Virus record (IMG/VR): IMGVR_UViG_3300000976_000011
Span: 64,001-128,000 of that record
DNA from: a virus
Strand: one strand, 5' to 3'
Length of the DNA: 64,000 nt
A program made the position numbers and the translations under genes. The stretch's first letter is position 1; every line of letters begins with the position of its first letter. Positions 46,916 to 57,124 of the stretch are shown in pieces. Under the pieces are notes generated by a model. The model searched no databases. It worked only from the letters and a program-made list of their open reading frames with translations, and was not told the DNA's origin.

Positions 46916-47394
46916 TTACAAGAAGGTCCTATTATATTAACCGCAAGATCGCCATTTCTTATGACTTGGCGTCTTAATGCATTACATAACCTAGACTCTG
47001 GATCTTCAGTGAAACCACAAAACTTGTAATTCCGTATAGCTTCACATGCTCTTTCCTGATTACTAGGAAATCCTTCAGGTACAGGTCTAGTACTATTAAA
47101 TAAAGCTGTGGCTCGTCTATCTAATGCCGCCGCTTTTAATCCTCTAGCTCTACACATACCTTGTTGACTAAAACCAGGCCCAGGTTCTATAAATGGAACA
47201 GTGCAATCTTCCGGATCTGAAAATTCAGGTTGAGGATCTGGAGTAGGTACTGGCTCATCTGGAACTTCAGGTTCTATTGGCTCTGGTTCAGGCAATGGAA
47301 CTGGAATAGGTTCCATTGATGTTTGAGCGTGAGCAGGCAAAACAACTGCTGCAATAACCGGAGTAGACCATTTTAATAATTCTCTGCGTTTCAT
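46912..47394 (-). CDS. Tat-signal, Pro-rich secreted protein (moron-like)
   Basis: MKRRELLKWSTPVIAAVVLPAHAQTS; PEP repeats; own TTTACT-N17-TATAAT promoter on - strand (47453-47425). Confidence 0.75.
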   Translation of the reverse strand: MKRRELLKWSTPVIAAVVLPAHAQTSMEPIPVPLPEPEPIEPEVPDEPVPTPDPQPEFSDPEDCTVPFIEPGPGFSQQGMCRARGLKAAALDRRATALFNSTRPVPEGFPSNQERACEAIRNYKFCGFTEDPESRLCNALRRQVIRNGDLAVNIIGPSCN

Positions 47395-47469
47395 AATTCA
47401 TACCTTAATTATTTCTATATTGATATTATATTTTAAATTTATCCTAAAGTAAACTATATAAATATTAAT

Positions 47470-47868
47470 ATGACTAGAATGGATAAAATAAAAGATTTCT
47501 TTTTACATTGGGCAGAAATTATAGATGCTTGGAGAGTGGCTCCACGAGCTGTTTTAGCATTTTATGCTTATATGATATTAAAAACTAGTTTATGGTTCAT
47601 GGACTTAGAATCACCCACTCCAGAACAATCAGCATTTGTTATGGCAATTTGGGGAACAGCAGCATTAATATTTAATTTTTATGCTAAATCAGGGAGAGCA
47701 TGGGGTCCACAAATTGAATGGACTAATGTAGGAAAAAATGACTTTTTAGCTGGACAAAGAGATAGATATTATGGTGGAAACCAAAGGCGCTCAAGAAGTA
47801 GATATAGAGATAGATCTACAAAGAGAAACAGAAACGAAGAACCCGATCAGGAGGAAGAAGATGGCTAG
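47470..47868 (+). CDS. Holin-like membrane protein
   Basis: Two TM segments, charged C-terminus, late promoter, upstream of spanin pair. Confidence 0.55.
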   Translation: MTRMDKIKDFFLHWAEIIDAWRVAPRAVLAFYAYMILKTSLWFMDLESPTPEQSAFVMAIWGTAALIFNFYAKSGRAWGPQIEWTNVGKNDFLAGQRDRYYGGNQRRSRSRYRDRSTKRNRNEEPDQEEEDG

Positions 47869-48259
47869 TTTAATTTGGTCATTTGTCGCTAGATATGGAT
47901 TATCTGTATTTTTAACTATTGCTATATATAATCAGTTGGATTCTTATCCGCCGATTTCTTGGTTTGATAAAGATCAAAGAACTATAAGTAAGCTAACAAA
48001 TGACAAAAAATCATTAGAGGAAACTATAGCTGAATTAGTAGAAGAAAAATCTTTATTAACAGTTAAAATAGAAGAACAAAATTCCGCAGTAAAAAGACTT
48101 AAGGAAGCTAACGATAAAAAGGAAGCTTCAAATAAAGCTTTATCAAGAAAATTATCTAAAGAATTAAACGATCTAGATAATGATATTCAAAATAGAGATC
48201 TAGATATAAACTCATGTCAAGATGCTATAGATTATATTATAGGAGTAAATAATGATTAA
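47861..48259 (+). CDS. Inner-membrane spanin (Rz-like)
   Basis: GGAGG RBS; N-terminal TM then coiled coil with terminal Cys. Confidence 0.7.
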   Translation: MASLIWSFVARYGLSVFLTIAIYNQLDSYPPISWFDKDQRTISKLTNDKKSLEETIAELVEEKSLLTVKIEEQNSAVKRLKEANDKKEASNKALSRKLSKELNDLDNDIQNRDLDINSCQDAIDYIIGVNND

Positions 48260-48521
48260 TAAGTTTTTAATTTTAGTCAGCTGCTTAATTTTAGCTGGTT
48301 GTCCAAATAATAAACAAAATGTTCGAGTTGTTAATATACCAGTACCAACAATTAGTAAAATAGAACCTTTAGAAGAGTTTGTTGGACGATGTGATAAATT
48401 TTCAGAAAAAGATAATAAAAATTATGAAGCAATCGCTAAAGCCTGTAAAAGGGATTTAGAGATATTAATAAAAAGAGATCAGATTCACCAGAGAGTAATT
48501 AAACAACACAATGGCGACTAA
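48252..48521 (+). CDS. Outer-membrane spanin lipoprotein (Rz1-like)
   Basis: LILAGC lipobox, Pro-rich segment, follows i-spanin. Confidence 0.7.
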   Translation: MINKFLILVSCLILAGCPNNKQNVRVVNIPVPTISKIEPLEEFVGRCDKFSEKDNKNYEAIAKACKRDLEILIKRDQIHQRVIKQHNGD

Positions 48522-48894
48522 AACTATTAAAAGATTACCACCTATAAGAAGAGGTGACACCAAAACTTGGCAATTTAATTTAAGTGATAAAGATGGCGTA
48601 GCTTTAGATATTACCGGCTTTATTTTCACAGTAACAATAAAAGAAAGTTTAACTGATCCTAATTCAAGGGCTATTATATCTAAATCTGTGGTTGCTGGGC
48701 CAACTAATAATGATTTAGACGACCCAGTTAATGGATTAGTATTTTTTACTTTATTAGCTTCTGAGACAGAAAAATTAAGTGTTCAAACATATCAAATAGG
48801 AATATCTAAATCTGTTCCTAGCACTCCTGAAAATATAATAACTACATTTTTAGTTGATGAGTTAGTTGTACTTCCTGATGCAACTATAAACTAA
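48511..48894 (+). CDS. BppU-like structural adaptor protein
   Basis: IRRGDT, LDITG, NGLV.FTL.ASET. Confidence 0.6.
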   Translation: MATKTIKRLPPIRRGDTKTWQFNLSDKDGVALDITGFIFTVTIKESLTDPNSRAIISKSVVAGPTNNDLDDPVNGLVFFTLLASETEKLSVQTYQIGISKSVPSTPENIITTFLVDELVVLPDATIN

Positions 48895-49331
48895 TGTCTG
48901 ATAATTTAAATATAACAAATGAAAATACAACTATTTCTGTTAATGAATTAGTTGAAAACATTAATGTATCTGAAGATAGTTTAGAATTTAAAATATTTAA
49001 TAATAGCGAAACTCTTCAAATAGAAGAAAAATCTGAAATTCTAAATATTTCTGATACTCAAGATGTACTCCATTTTGGTATCAATGATATCATTATAGTA
49101 AATAATAATGGAGGAGGATCTAATCAACCTGAACCTCAAACTAGATTATTAGATTTTATATCTTTAGATGAAGTTTTGATTGGTTATAGTTTAGGTACTG
49201 ATACATCTTTACCTATATGGAGAATATGTAGGATAGAAAAAAGCTTCTTACTTGAGCCAGATATGGATTTAGCTGATGGAAGCGATCAATATAATAAAAT
49301 TTGGGATGACAGACTTACATATACATACTAA
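48894..49331 (+). CDS. Virion-associated protein
   Basis: C-terminal WRI.RI..ADG..KIWDDR..YTY. Confidence 0.6.
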   Translation: MSDNLNITNENTTISVNELVENINVSEDSLEFKIFNNSETLQIEEKSEILNISDTQDVLHFGINDIIIVNNNGGGSNQPEPQTRLLDFISLDEVLIGYSLGTDTSLPIWRICRIEKSFLLEPDMDLADGSDQYNKIWDDRLTYTY

Positions 49332-49398
49332 ATTTTTATAAATAATATTATGGATTTTATCCAAAAAGAATAATAATATAATAAAAGGAACTTAACCA

Positions 49399-51009
49399 AT
49401 GCCAAAAATCGTAGACCCGGATTTAATCGAACAGACTACAGACGTTGTATTCGATACAACAGCTAAAACTATTCAACTGCTTTCTACTGGTGCTATAGAT
49501 AACACTGGCAGTTCAGCAACTAATGGAGTAACACTTCAGTGTTTATACTCATTCACTCTAGAAGAGTGGGGTACTGATTTAAATTTAATTAGATTCAGAT
49601 TTCCATTCGAACCTATTACAGCAGAACAATTCGAATTAGTTAATGGATGGACCTTTGCTGATTCAGAAACAGAACAATTAATTAGAGATGCTGGCTGGGC
49701 TGTTCGTAATGATTCTGGTAATATAGTTCAGATGTGGACAAATATTGGATCTCTGGGAGCCTTCGATGCTCAAACAGATCAAGCATATTATCAACAAGAG
49801 CTTGATGGACCTGCCACTGCGTTTGATTTTTCAGGTGAAGTGAATCAAGCTGTTCAAATACTTTTTGATCCAAATGGAGATGGAAGTTATGGAGATGGAT
49901 ATGACAGACGCGGTTATTTTAAAGTATTTTTACGAGAAGAAAATAAATTATTCGATTCATATGATTTAATTGAGGAACAAGGTCCTACAGATGAGGCTGG
50001 TGTTACTCGTATGACTTTCAGAAAATATTCACTACCGCTATCAAATGGTACCGATTTAAATTATATAGATTCGGATGCCAATATTGGTACTCAAGCTCCA
50101 TATACTGATGTTGATATTTCTTATATACGCGATATTAATGGCGATTTAGTTAATATTATAGGTGATTGGCAAGCTGGAAGAACAAATTTATTTGGCGATG
50201 TTGTTCGGTCTTCTGTAGATGGTCGTTGGTATATTAATAATGATGACACTAATCCAGCTTCCGGCGATGATTCAGATTTAGCTGGCGGATCAGATATTAA
50301 CACTACTTGGACTCCGTATGAAGGTGAACGTGAAATCGGCGGAGTATATTATCCTTTTACTGTAATAATTGATGCTAACGCTGATGATTTAGCATCAGGA
50401 GCAGCTAAAGAGGATGTATACGAAAAAATACAATTCAGCTTACGTCAGTCAACTGATATTGATGATGGCTCAGGAACAGTCATAGGTGAAACAGCTGATG
50501 ATCTATTGAGATTTGTTGGTGATACTCTAGTTACAGAACCGGGCGTTTATATTGATGATTTCAACTCTATCGATACAAACAGTATTACATTCACCGATTC
50601 GACTGGCGGTGCTAGACAGTTCCCATTCGTTGCTGCGGGTAATTTACAGTTTAACGGTAACTTGCAAGCTGATGCTAATGCTAAGTACTTCCTATTCTTC
50701 ACTAATGATGACGCGGGAGATAATGCAGGTAACGACTATGATACCGCAGGCGCAACACTAATACAAGATAACAGTTCTAGTGATATTACTGGTGATGTAT
50801 TGGGTAACGCTACTATTGCATTCAACTACGACTATGATGGTAATGATCAGCGCGGAACAGGCTCACCTGGAACAGATGTACCATATACAGGTATCGCATT
50901 AGGTAGAGGTACCGCTCAATATGTATTGACAACAGGCACATTGACTCGATCAACTGCAAACTCAGTTAACTTCGTAGCAGGACTAGAACGCGTATACTTA
51001 AATCCATAA
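49399..51009 (+). CDS. Virion structural (fibre/appendage subunit) protein
   Basis: D/G/T-rich, strong RBS, own terminator, ends ERVYLNP. Confidence 0.7.
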   Translation: MPKIVDPDLIEQTTDVVFDTTAKTIQLLSTGAIDNTGSSATNGVTLQCLYSFTLEEWGTDLNLIRFRFPFEPITAEQFELVNGWTFADSETEQLIRDAGWAVRNDSGNIVQMWTNIGSLGAFDAQTDQAYYQQELDGPATAFDFSGEVNQAVQILFDPNGDGSYGDGYDRRGYFKVFLREENKLFDSYDLIEEQGPTDEAGVTRMTFRKYSLPLSNGTDLNYIDSDANIGTQAPYTDVDISYIRDINGDLVNIIGDWQAGRTNLFGDVVRSSVDGRWYINNDDTNPASGDDSDLAGGSDINTTWTPYEGEREIGGVYYPFTVIIDANADDLASGAAKEDVYEKIQFSLRQSTDIDDGSGTVIGETADDLLRFVGDTLVTEPGVYIDDFNSIDTNSITFTDSTGGARQFPFVAAGNLQFNGNLQADANAKYFLFFTNDDAGDNAGNDYDTAGATLIQDNSSSDITGDVLGNATIAFNYDYDGNDQRGTGSPGTDVPYTGIALGRGTAQYVLTTGTLTRSTANSVNFVAGLERVYLNP

Positions 51010-51028
51010 TCTAATTTTATTTTTAAAG

Positions 51029-51055
51029 AAAAGGGAGCCTCGTGCTCCCTTTTTT
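51029..51055 (+). terminator. Rho-independent terminator
   Basis: AAAAGGGAGC-CTCGT-GCTCCCTTTTTT. Confidence 0.85.
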
Positions 51056-51087
51056 GATAAATATTACTAAACATATAAGAAAATAAG

Positions 51088-53976
51088 ATGGCATTTGATA
51101 GAACCTATAATTTTGATGTTCGAACTATTGTTAATAGTGAATGGGATATTGTTGATAGGGCTGGCGCCGTTCAAGGTAACTTGTCTAACGCCAACACTAA
51201 TGGTGATATATGTTTCGAGACAAATGGAACAACATCAAATGGAACTGGGCCTACAGGCCCAGACACAGGATTTGCTGGATATATTGTTACAGAAGCATCA
51301 GGTCCAGTAGCATCAAGCACATGGTCAGTATCTACTGTAGCTGCTGAATCATTACTAGCTACTGAAGAAATAAATTTTGAATTACTCAATAGTAAAGACG
51401 CTGATGCCGGAGCTCAGTTAATTATAGAGTATTCGACAAGTGCGAATCCAACCACTACTACTAATAATGATTGGACGGTAATTACAACAATAGCCGCAAC
51501 TGATGGAAATAATGCTTGGGTACTTGATTCAGGTTCTGTTAGTAACGTCGGTAGTACTTCAAATTTAAGATTTAGAATTAGATGGGATACACCTAATAGC
51601 TTTTCTAATGACATAGGTCTACAACAGTTTAGAATATTTACTACATCCACTGTAGTAGGAAATCCTCCAACCATAAACATCCCTGGTGATAATCCTCTTA
51701 ATTTAACTGAGGGTGATGTTTATGTTGCTCCTATTGTAACTGCTAGTGATGTCGAAGACGGTGATTTAACAAGTTCAATAGTGATAACAGGTGATACTGT
51801 TGACACTGCTGTCACTGGTACTTATAGCGTAACATATACTGTTACTGATATAGACAATAATACTACCCAAGAAATATTATTTGTTAATGTATTAGCTCCT
51901 TCTCCATATCAGTTCATTCCAGCTAGTGACGTTTTCGTTAATTTTCCTACAGGCCCAAGTAATTGGTCCTTAAGTGGCAATATTATAACTCAAAGCGGCC
52001 AAGGAACTTTAGAAGGTTTAGAGGCTATAGCTGGAGTAAATGTCTGTGAAGTTTTAGGTAAAACTGTATACGATGTTGCTTCAGGTAATAGGCAATTAAA
52101 TATCACGGGAACACTTTTCATAGACCCAGAAGTAGAAATGTTATTAATGGGTTATGATGGAACTACCGAATTATTTAATGTAATTAATAACGGAATCCTT
52201 GTTCTTGGTAGATTTATAGATCAATTAGGATTCCGTAGACATTCTATTGGTACTGCTATAGATTTTGAAAATACTCAAACGGTTGGTTCATTTATTGATA
52301 GAGTAAGTTTTGAAGATAATTCCACGCTACATTGGTTTGGTGGAACTGTTGCTCTAGAAGGCGGAAAGTTCGGATTTTATGGCGACGATGTGACTGTTAG
52401 AATTTATAGTTTAGAGGCCAAACTCCTATTTAGAACTCAAAATGAACAGAATCAAATTAGACAAGAAACCGATGATTTCATATCAGAATCTTTTGATTTC
52501 ATAAATGGTGATTTCACTGTAGTAGGTACCCAACAACAACTAAATGGGTATAGACCTACTCATTGTACTGGCTCTTTGGCTTGGTCCAGCGCGACACCAA
52601 ATGAAGATGTTTTTATTAGAAACTATGGAGGAGGTGGGCGCGGTAATATTGTTGATGGAAAACATTGGCAAGGCCAACGAGGCTATTTAATTAATTCAGA
52701 AAGCGGATCTAATTTGAATTCTGGACCTCATATAGTAGGTAATAATAGTTCTTTTGGCTCATATAGAATTGATCAAGAAATTCAATTTAATATACAAGAT
52801 TCAAATAATCAACCAGTTTCTAATGCTTTAATTTTCATGCGGGATACTGATAACGGCGACCGCAGAATATATAACGAAGAAGGAAACTTATTTGATGAAT
52901 CGGGTGATCGAACATATGTTGAATTAACTAATACAGGCGGTAGTTCATCTGTTTTTCCAGTTAGAATAGCTAATCAGTTTGCAGCTAGAAATTTTGGCAG
53001 TGCAAACGATTCTATTAACACTGGTAGGTACGCCTGGGACCGCCGGGGCAAATCAAATGATACAAGTGATAGATTTGATTTTCATATTTGGGCTTATGGA
53101 TTCAGATATCAATTAGTTCCAGATGTGGTTTTAAAGGGAGCAGGTGGTACTCAGATTAATATAACTTTACCAGTACAACCTGAATTTACCGAACCTAATG
53201 AATCAGTGGCATTAAATTTTACTGAGTTTAATGTAGATGATTTATATGATAGATCAAGAGCCTGGAAATCAATTCCTGGAAATGAAGAGATACCGGCGGC
53301 TGATAGACCGTTAATAGATATTTCAGGAAGTAATCTGGATCTTAAAGAATATACTTTAGATTTTGGTCCTGGTTTTGATATTAATGGAACAACAATAACA
53401 TTTAATCCTAAAAATAGTCTGATAGGGAATCAATTCACTGGAATTATTGCTAATGGAAATATTTTAACATTGAGAAATCAGGCGGATTTCGATCTTATAT
53501 CTAATATGTCCTTTCCAAGCGGTACTATATTAGTTGATGCTGGTTCAGCCGATGCGGATTTCACTGTTGATTCGGCTAATATTAATGATATCATTAATAT
53601 AGGAACAGGTATAGTCAATATCAATACTATTGGCGCCGCGTCTGTAACAACGAGCGAGCCTGGTCAAACTGCAGGCTTAATTAATATTGTAAATACTATT
53701 CAAATAACTATTAATGAATTATTGGGTAACGGCGAAGAAATACGAATTTTTAATAATACAGGAACACTACTAGAACCAGTCGCTGGTGTTTTGGTTGCTG
53801 GAATAGAGAATAATTTTTCATCTAGTTTTAATTTTGAAGCGTCAGCGAATCAAGGAGTTATAATAGTAATAATAGATAATGTATTACGTCCTATATTTAG
53901 ACCTTTTATTGTACCTACAACTGATAGTAGTATTCAAATACCTCTAAATAGTAATGGTGTCTATCTAAACCCATAA
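51088..53976 (+). CDS. Large virion protein with MAM-like and Ig-like (DUF5011-like) domains
   Basis: TTSNGTGP..D..GYIVTEAS; P.I.I.G.NP..TASDVEDGDLT..VDT..G.Y.VTY.VTD; ends VYLNP. Confidence 0.7.
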   Translation: MAFDRTYNFDVRTIVNSEWDIVDRAGAVQGNLSNANTNGDICFETNGTTSNGTGPTGPDTGFAGYIVTEASGPVASSTWSVSTVAAESLLATEEINFELLNSKDADAGAQLIIEYSTSANPTTTTNNDWTVITTIAATDGNNAWVLDSGSVSNVGSTSNLRFRIRWDTPNSFSNDIGLQQFRIFTTSTVVGNPPTINIPGDNPLNLTEGDVYVAPIVTASDVEDGDLTSSIVITGDTVDTAVTGTYSVTYTVTDIDNNTTQEILFVNVLAPSPYQFIPASDVFVNFPTGPSNWSLSGNIITQSGQGTLEGLEAIAGVNVCEVLGKTVYDVASGNRQLNITGTLFIDPEVEMLLMGYDGTTELFNVINNGILVLGRFIDQLGFRRHSIGTAIDFENTQTVGSFIDRVSFEDNSTLHWFGGTVALEGGKFGFYGDDVTVRIYSLEAKLLFRTQNEQNQIRQETDDFISESFDFINGDFTVVGTQQQLNGYRPTHCTGSLAWSSATPNEDVFIRNYGGGGRGNIVDGKHWQGQRGYLINSESGSNLNSGPHIVGNNSSFGSYRIDQEIQFNIQDSNNQPVSNALIFMRDTDNGDRRIYNEEGNLFDESGDRTYVELTNTGGSSSVFPVRIANQFAARNFGSANDSINTGRYAWDRRGKSNDTSDRFDFHIWAYGFRYQLVPDVVLKGAGGTQINITLPVQPEFTEPNESVALNFTEFNVDDLYDRSRAWKSIPGNEEIPAADRPLIDISGSNLDLKEYTLDFGPGFDINGTTITFNPKNSLIGNQFTGIIANGNILTLRNQADFDLISNMSFPSGTILVDAGSADADFTVDSANINDIINIGTGIVNINTIGAASVTTSEPGQTAGLINIVNTIQITINELLGNGEEIRIFNNTGTLLEPVAGVLVAGIENNFSSSFNFEASANQGVIIVIIDNVLRPIFRPFIVPTTDSSIQIPLNSNGVYLNP

Positions 53977-54013
53977 TAAATAATAATATAATTTTTAAAA
54001 TAAGAGAAATATT

Positions 54014-54310
54014 ATGAATAATGCCGATTTAACAGTACAATCATTAAGAGATTTACAACAAATAGCTCTTGATAGAAACACTTCGCCCGATAAAATGGTA
54101 AAGAAAATAGATTTTGTTATAGAGAGAGCTAACAGTGCATCTCAACAAATTAACTCTATAGAGTTAACGATTAATAGAATTATAAATCAATTAGATGATA
54201 TGGGATTATTTCAAGGCAAAATTATATCGGCGTTCACAGGTTTATCTATTGAAGAAGCAACTAAATTAGAAGGAAATTTAGCAAAAGCTAAAAAGGAAAT
54301 TATAAAATAA
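54014..54310 (+). CDS. Hypothetical protein
   Basis: ORF in late module. Confidence 0.6.
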   Translation: MNNADLTVQSLRDLQQIALDRNTSPDKMVKKIDFVIERANSASQQINSIELTINRIINQLDDMGLFQGKIISAFTGLSIEEATKLEGNLAKAKKEIIK

Positions 54311-54808
54311 ATGCTTACTTTTAAAGGGGATGCTCGATTAATAGAATTAGATCCTAATACAACTGAAATTAATGTTCAGGATATATATAGTAGATATAAG
54401 GATTGGGTCCTAGATGATGAGGGAGCTAAGTGGGCAAATGCTATGACACCAGTTGGTGGGCAACCCATTGGTGGTGGGAGTTTCATTGCGCCATATATAG
54501 TATTGATAAATAATTGGAAAATTAAACCTTTTGAAGGAAATCACATTTTAACAGTTGTTGGAAATATAATTAGTGACGACGAAAGTAATCCGTTCGTCGA
54601 TACCGGTGGAGATTTTAACGTAACAATTAAAAATATTGTTTCTTCAAATACTATAGCAGTTGGCGGAGACAGATATACGCTAGAACAAATAGCTCAAGAA
54701 GTTTGGGATTATAACTTATCTAATCACGATGAACAAAATTCAGTTGGTAATTATATAAGAAATAGACTATTAACATTTGTTGATTGGTTTTCATTAAAGG
54801 ATAAATAA
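54311..54808 (+). CDS. Virion protein related to N-terminus of 49399 protein
   Basis: VQDIYSRYKDW resembles LQCLYS..EEW; L.N.W.I. Confidence 0.6.
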   Translation: MLTFKGDARLIELDPNTTEINVQDIYSRYKDWVLDDEGAKWANAMTPVGGQPIGGGSFIAPYIVLINNWKIKPFEGNHILTVVGNIISDDESNPFVDTGGDFNVTIKNIVSSNTIAVGGDRYTLEQIAQEVWDYNLSNHDEQNSVGNYIRNRLLTFVDWFSLKDK

Positions 54809-54812
54809 TATT

Positions 54813-55196
54813 ATGAAAAGGTATAGACTAGATTTAAAAAGAGGAGAGAATTTTGAGTTTGAGATTTTCTATAAGGATAGAAATGCCGATGGAAGAGAAT
54901 TTGATATTAACCTCGACGGCTCTAGAGTAAACGTAAATTGGGATGTTGTTTATTATAATTCTGACACTGAACGATTAGAAAGATATATTCCAGCAGATGC
55001 ATATAGTTTTGATAATTCTATTTTAAGAAATGGTTATATCCTTATAGAAATGGACCATCTTCAAACATTTGCTTTACCAGAAACAAATAGTAATATTTCG
55101 TGGAATTTATGGGTTGAACATTCTGAAGCAAGATTTGATGTCGCATCAGGCAGTATAAGATTAATGGATTGGGAAAGATTCGTGGATCCAAGATAA
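54813..55196 (+). CDS. BppU-like hypothetical protein
   Basis: LKRGE.F, INLDG, G.I.I.M...T; late promoter 5 nt upstream. Confidence 0.55.
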   Translation: MKRYRLDLKRGENFEFEIFYKDRNADGREFDINLDGSRVNVNWDVVYYNSDTERLERYIPADAYSFDNSILRNGYILIEMDHLQTFALPETNSNISWNLWVEHSEARFDVASGSIRLMDWERFVDPR

Positions 55197-55254
55197 TGAA
55201 AAATAAAATAATAGTATATAGAAAAAATAATAAACCTATCATAATATATAGAAA

Positions 55255-56007
55255 ATGTTCAAATTAAGATCTAGACAGCAATTAAGAGACTATATTCTTC
55301 AAGAATTAGGAGCTCCAGTAATTAATGTGGAACTTGATGTTGTCCATTTAGATAACGCTATTAATAAAGCTATCAATTATTTTATAGATAGACATGATGA
55401 TGGTATAGAAGAAATTTTTATACAAATACCAGTAGACGATTTTCTTAGAGAAGATGGTTATATAGAATTAGACGATGAAATTGTAGGTATTCATTCTATT
55501 TTAGATGCAACAAGATCAGGGACAACTACATCTACTTCAGAACAACTGGAAAATCTTCATCATTTAGTTGCTAACTCTGATATATTTACTGGAAAATCTA
55601 TTAATATGGGTAGAATGGTTAATTATGTCAGAAGTAGACAGAGTATAGAAAATATAAAATATTTCTTTACTCCGTTTTATGATTTTGAATATAACAAAGT
55701 TACTAATAGACTTCATTTTAGAAATGACTTAACAAATATAAATATGTTAGGTGTTATAGTTTATAGAGCTATAGATCCGTCATATGATGTTGATATATTT
55801 AATGATGAATGGATTAAAAGATATGCTACGGCTTTAGCTCATAGACAGTGGGGAGTTATATTAGACAAATATGATAATATGAATATGCCTGGAGCAGGTA
55901 ATATAAATGGTGCTGCTATATTAGCTGAAGGTAAAGAATTAGTAGCAGACGCTTTAGAAGAATTTTCAGAAAGGTACGAAGTACCGCCAATGCCAAGAGT
56001 TGAATAA
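55255..56007 (+). CDS. gp13: Neck protein
   Basis: SRQQL.DYIL..LGAPVINVE, H.DG, WIKRYATAL..RQWG..L.KY..MPG..ING. Confidence 0.93.
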   Translation: MFKLRSRQQLRDYILQELGAPVINVELDVVHLDNAINKAINYFIDRHDDGIEEIFIQIPVDDFLREDGYIELDDEIVGIHSILDATRSGTTTSTSEQLENLHHLVANSDIFTGKSINMGRMVNYVRSRQSIENIKYFFTPFYDFEYNKVTNRLHFRNDLTNINMLGVIVYRAIDPSYDVDIFNDEWIKRYATALAHRQWGVILDKYDNMNMPGAGNINGAAILAEGKELVADALEEFSERYEVPPMPRVE

Positions 56008-56452
56008 CATGATCAAGGAATTACAAAAAATATTAGAATCTGAACAGCTGGATGAAAAGAAATTTAATTTTAAAAGTTACATTAAGGGTCTAAAATTAAA
56101 ATCATCTGATGAAAAGAAATTGATTGATTTTTTAAACAAAAATAAAGATGGAGTAGAGTCTGCTGAAGATATTTTTAGAGCAGCTACAGATCTTAAAATT
56201 AAATTAGATGAAGAAAATCTTAATGAAAATAGATTAAAAGTTTTTCAGGATAACAATTCTGACCGAGCAGGAAAATCTCTATTAAATATAAAAAATAAAG
56301 AAGTATCAGGGAGCATAGTTTTAAGTAAATATGCATATGCTCATAAAGATGGTAAGCATTATAGATTAGTTGTGTTTGATGTAATTACAGATAAGCCTCA
56401 AAACATTTCACTAACTGCTCAAGAAATGAAAAATCTAAAAAAGATTAAATAA
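56000..56452 (+). CDS. Putative internal head protein
   Basis: ILE, LDE, LDE, LNE motifs fit gp21 prohead-protease sites. Confidence 0.5.
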   Translation: MNNMIKELQKILESEQLDEKKFNFKSYIKGLKLKSSDEKKLIDFLNKNKDGVESAEDIFRAATDLKIKLDEENLNENRLKVFQDNNSDRAGKSLLNIKNKEVSGSIVLSKYAYAHKDGKHYRLVVFDVITDKPQNISLTAQEMKNLKKIK

Positions 56453-56453
56453 T

Positions 56454-57083
56454 ATGGCTCTTAATTCATACTTTAAACAATTTCAAGGTCAAACCAATGA
56501 AGCGAATTTGTTTCAGAAGTTAACGACTGAGTATATACAAATTGGAGGAGTAGACTCTTATTATATTAAGAGAGACATGGAAGATTTTGATGCTATCTTT
56601 AATGAAGATACCACGGTTGAATTTGGCGAAGGCCAATGTATTGAAATCTTTATAGAAAATTTTGAAGGATTTGAAGGTAATGATCTTATCTCTAAATTTG
56701 GCCTTGAGCTTTTAGATGAATTAAAATTTATAGTTTCTAAAGAGAGGTTTGTAGAAGAAATAGAGATGCCTGAACCTAGAGAAGGCGATTTAATATATTT
56801 ACCGCTTGCTGATAGATTATTCGAAATTAAATTTGTTGATGATGAACATTTAATGTATTCTTTAAATGATACTCGAAGTTTTTCTGTTACAGCTCAGATA
56901 TTTGATTATTCTGGCGAAGAATTTAATACTGGAATAGAGGGATTAGACGAGTTAGATGAATTAGGTGATAATTTAGATTTTCAAAATACTGAAGCTGATG
57001 ATGAAAATCAAGTGTTTGATGATGAAGACGATGGAATTGTAGACTTTACTGAAGAGAGCCCGTTCGGAACATTTGGAAGCTAG
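56454..57083 (+). CDS. gp14: Neck protein
   Basis: MALNSYF, YYIKR, SKFGL..DE, PREGDLIYLP..LFEIKFV, DFTEESPFG. Confidence 0.93.
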   Translation: MALNSYFKQFQGQTNEANLFQKLTTEYIQIGGVDSYYIKRDMEDFDAIFNEDTTVEFGEGQCIEIFIENFEGFEGNDLISKFGLELLDELKFIVSKERFVEEIEMPEPREGDLIYLPLADRLFEIKFVDDEHLMYSLNDTRSFSVTAQIFDYSGEEFNTGIEGLDELDELGDNLDFQNTEADDENQVFDDEDDGIVDFTEESPFGTFGS

Positions 57084-57124
57084 TTTATAAATATAATATA
57101 ATAGCTATAAATTACGAGATCTAA

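Noticed and set aside
47771-47860. Long N-terminus of the spanin ORF; likewise 5' extensions at 1635, 16039, 3598, 26784, 31784
   Set aside because: Better starts exist downstream, supported by RBS, promoter spacing or gene overlap
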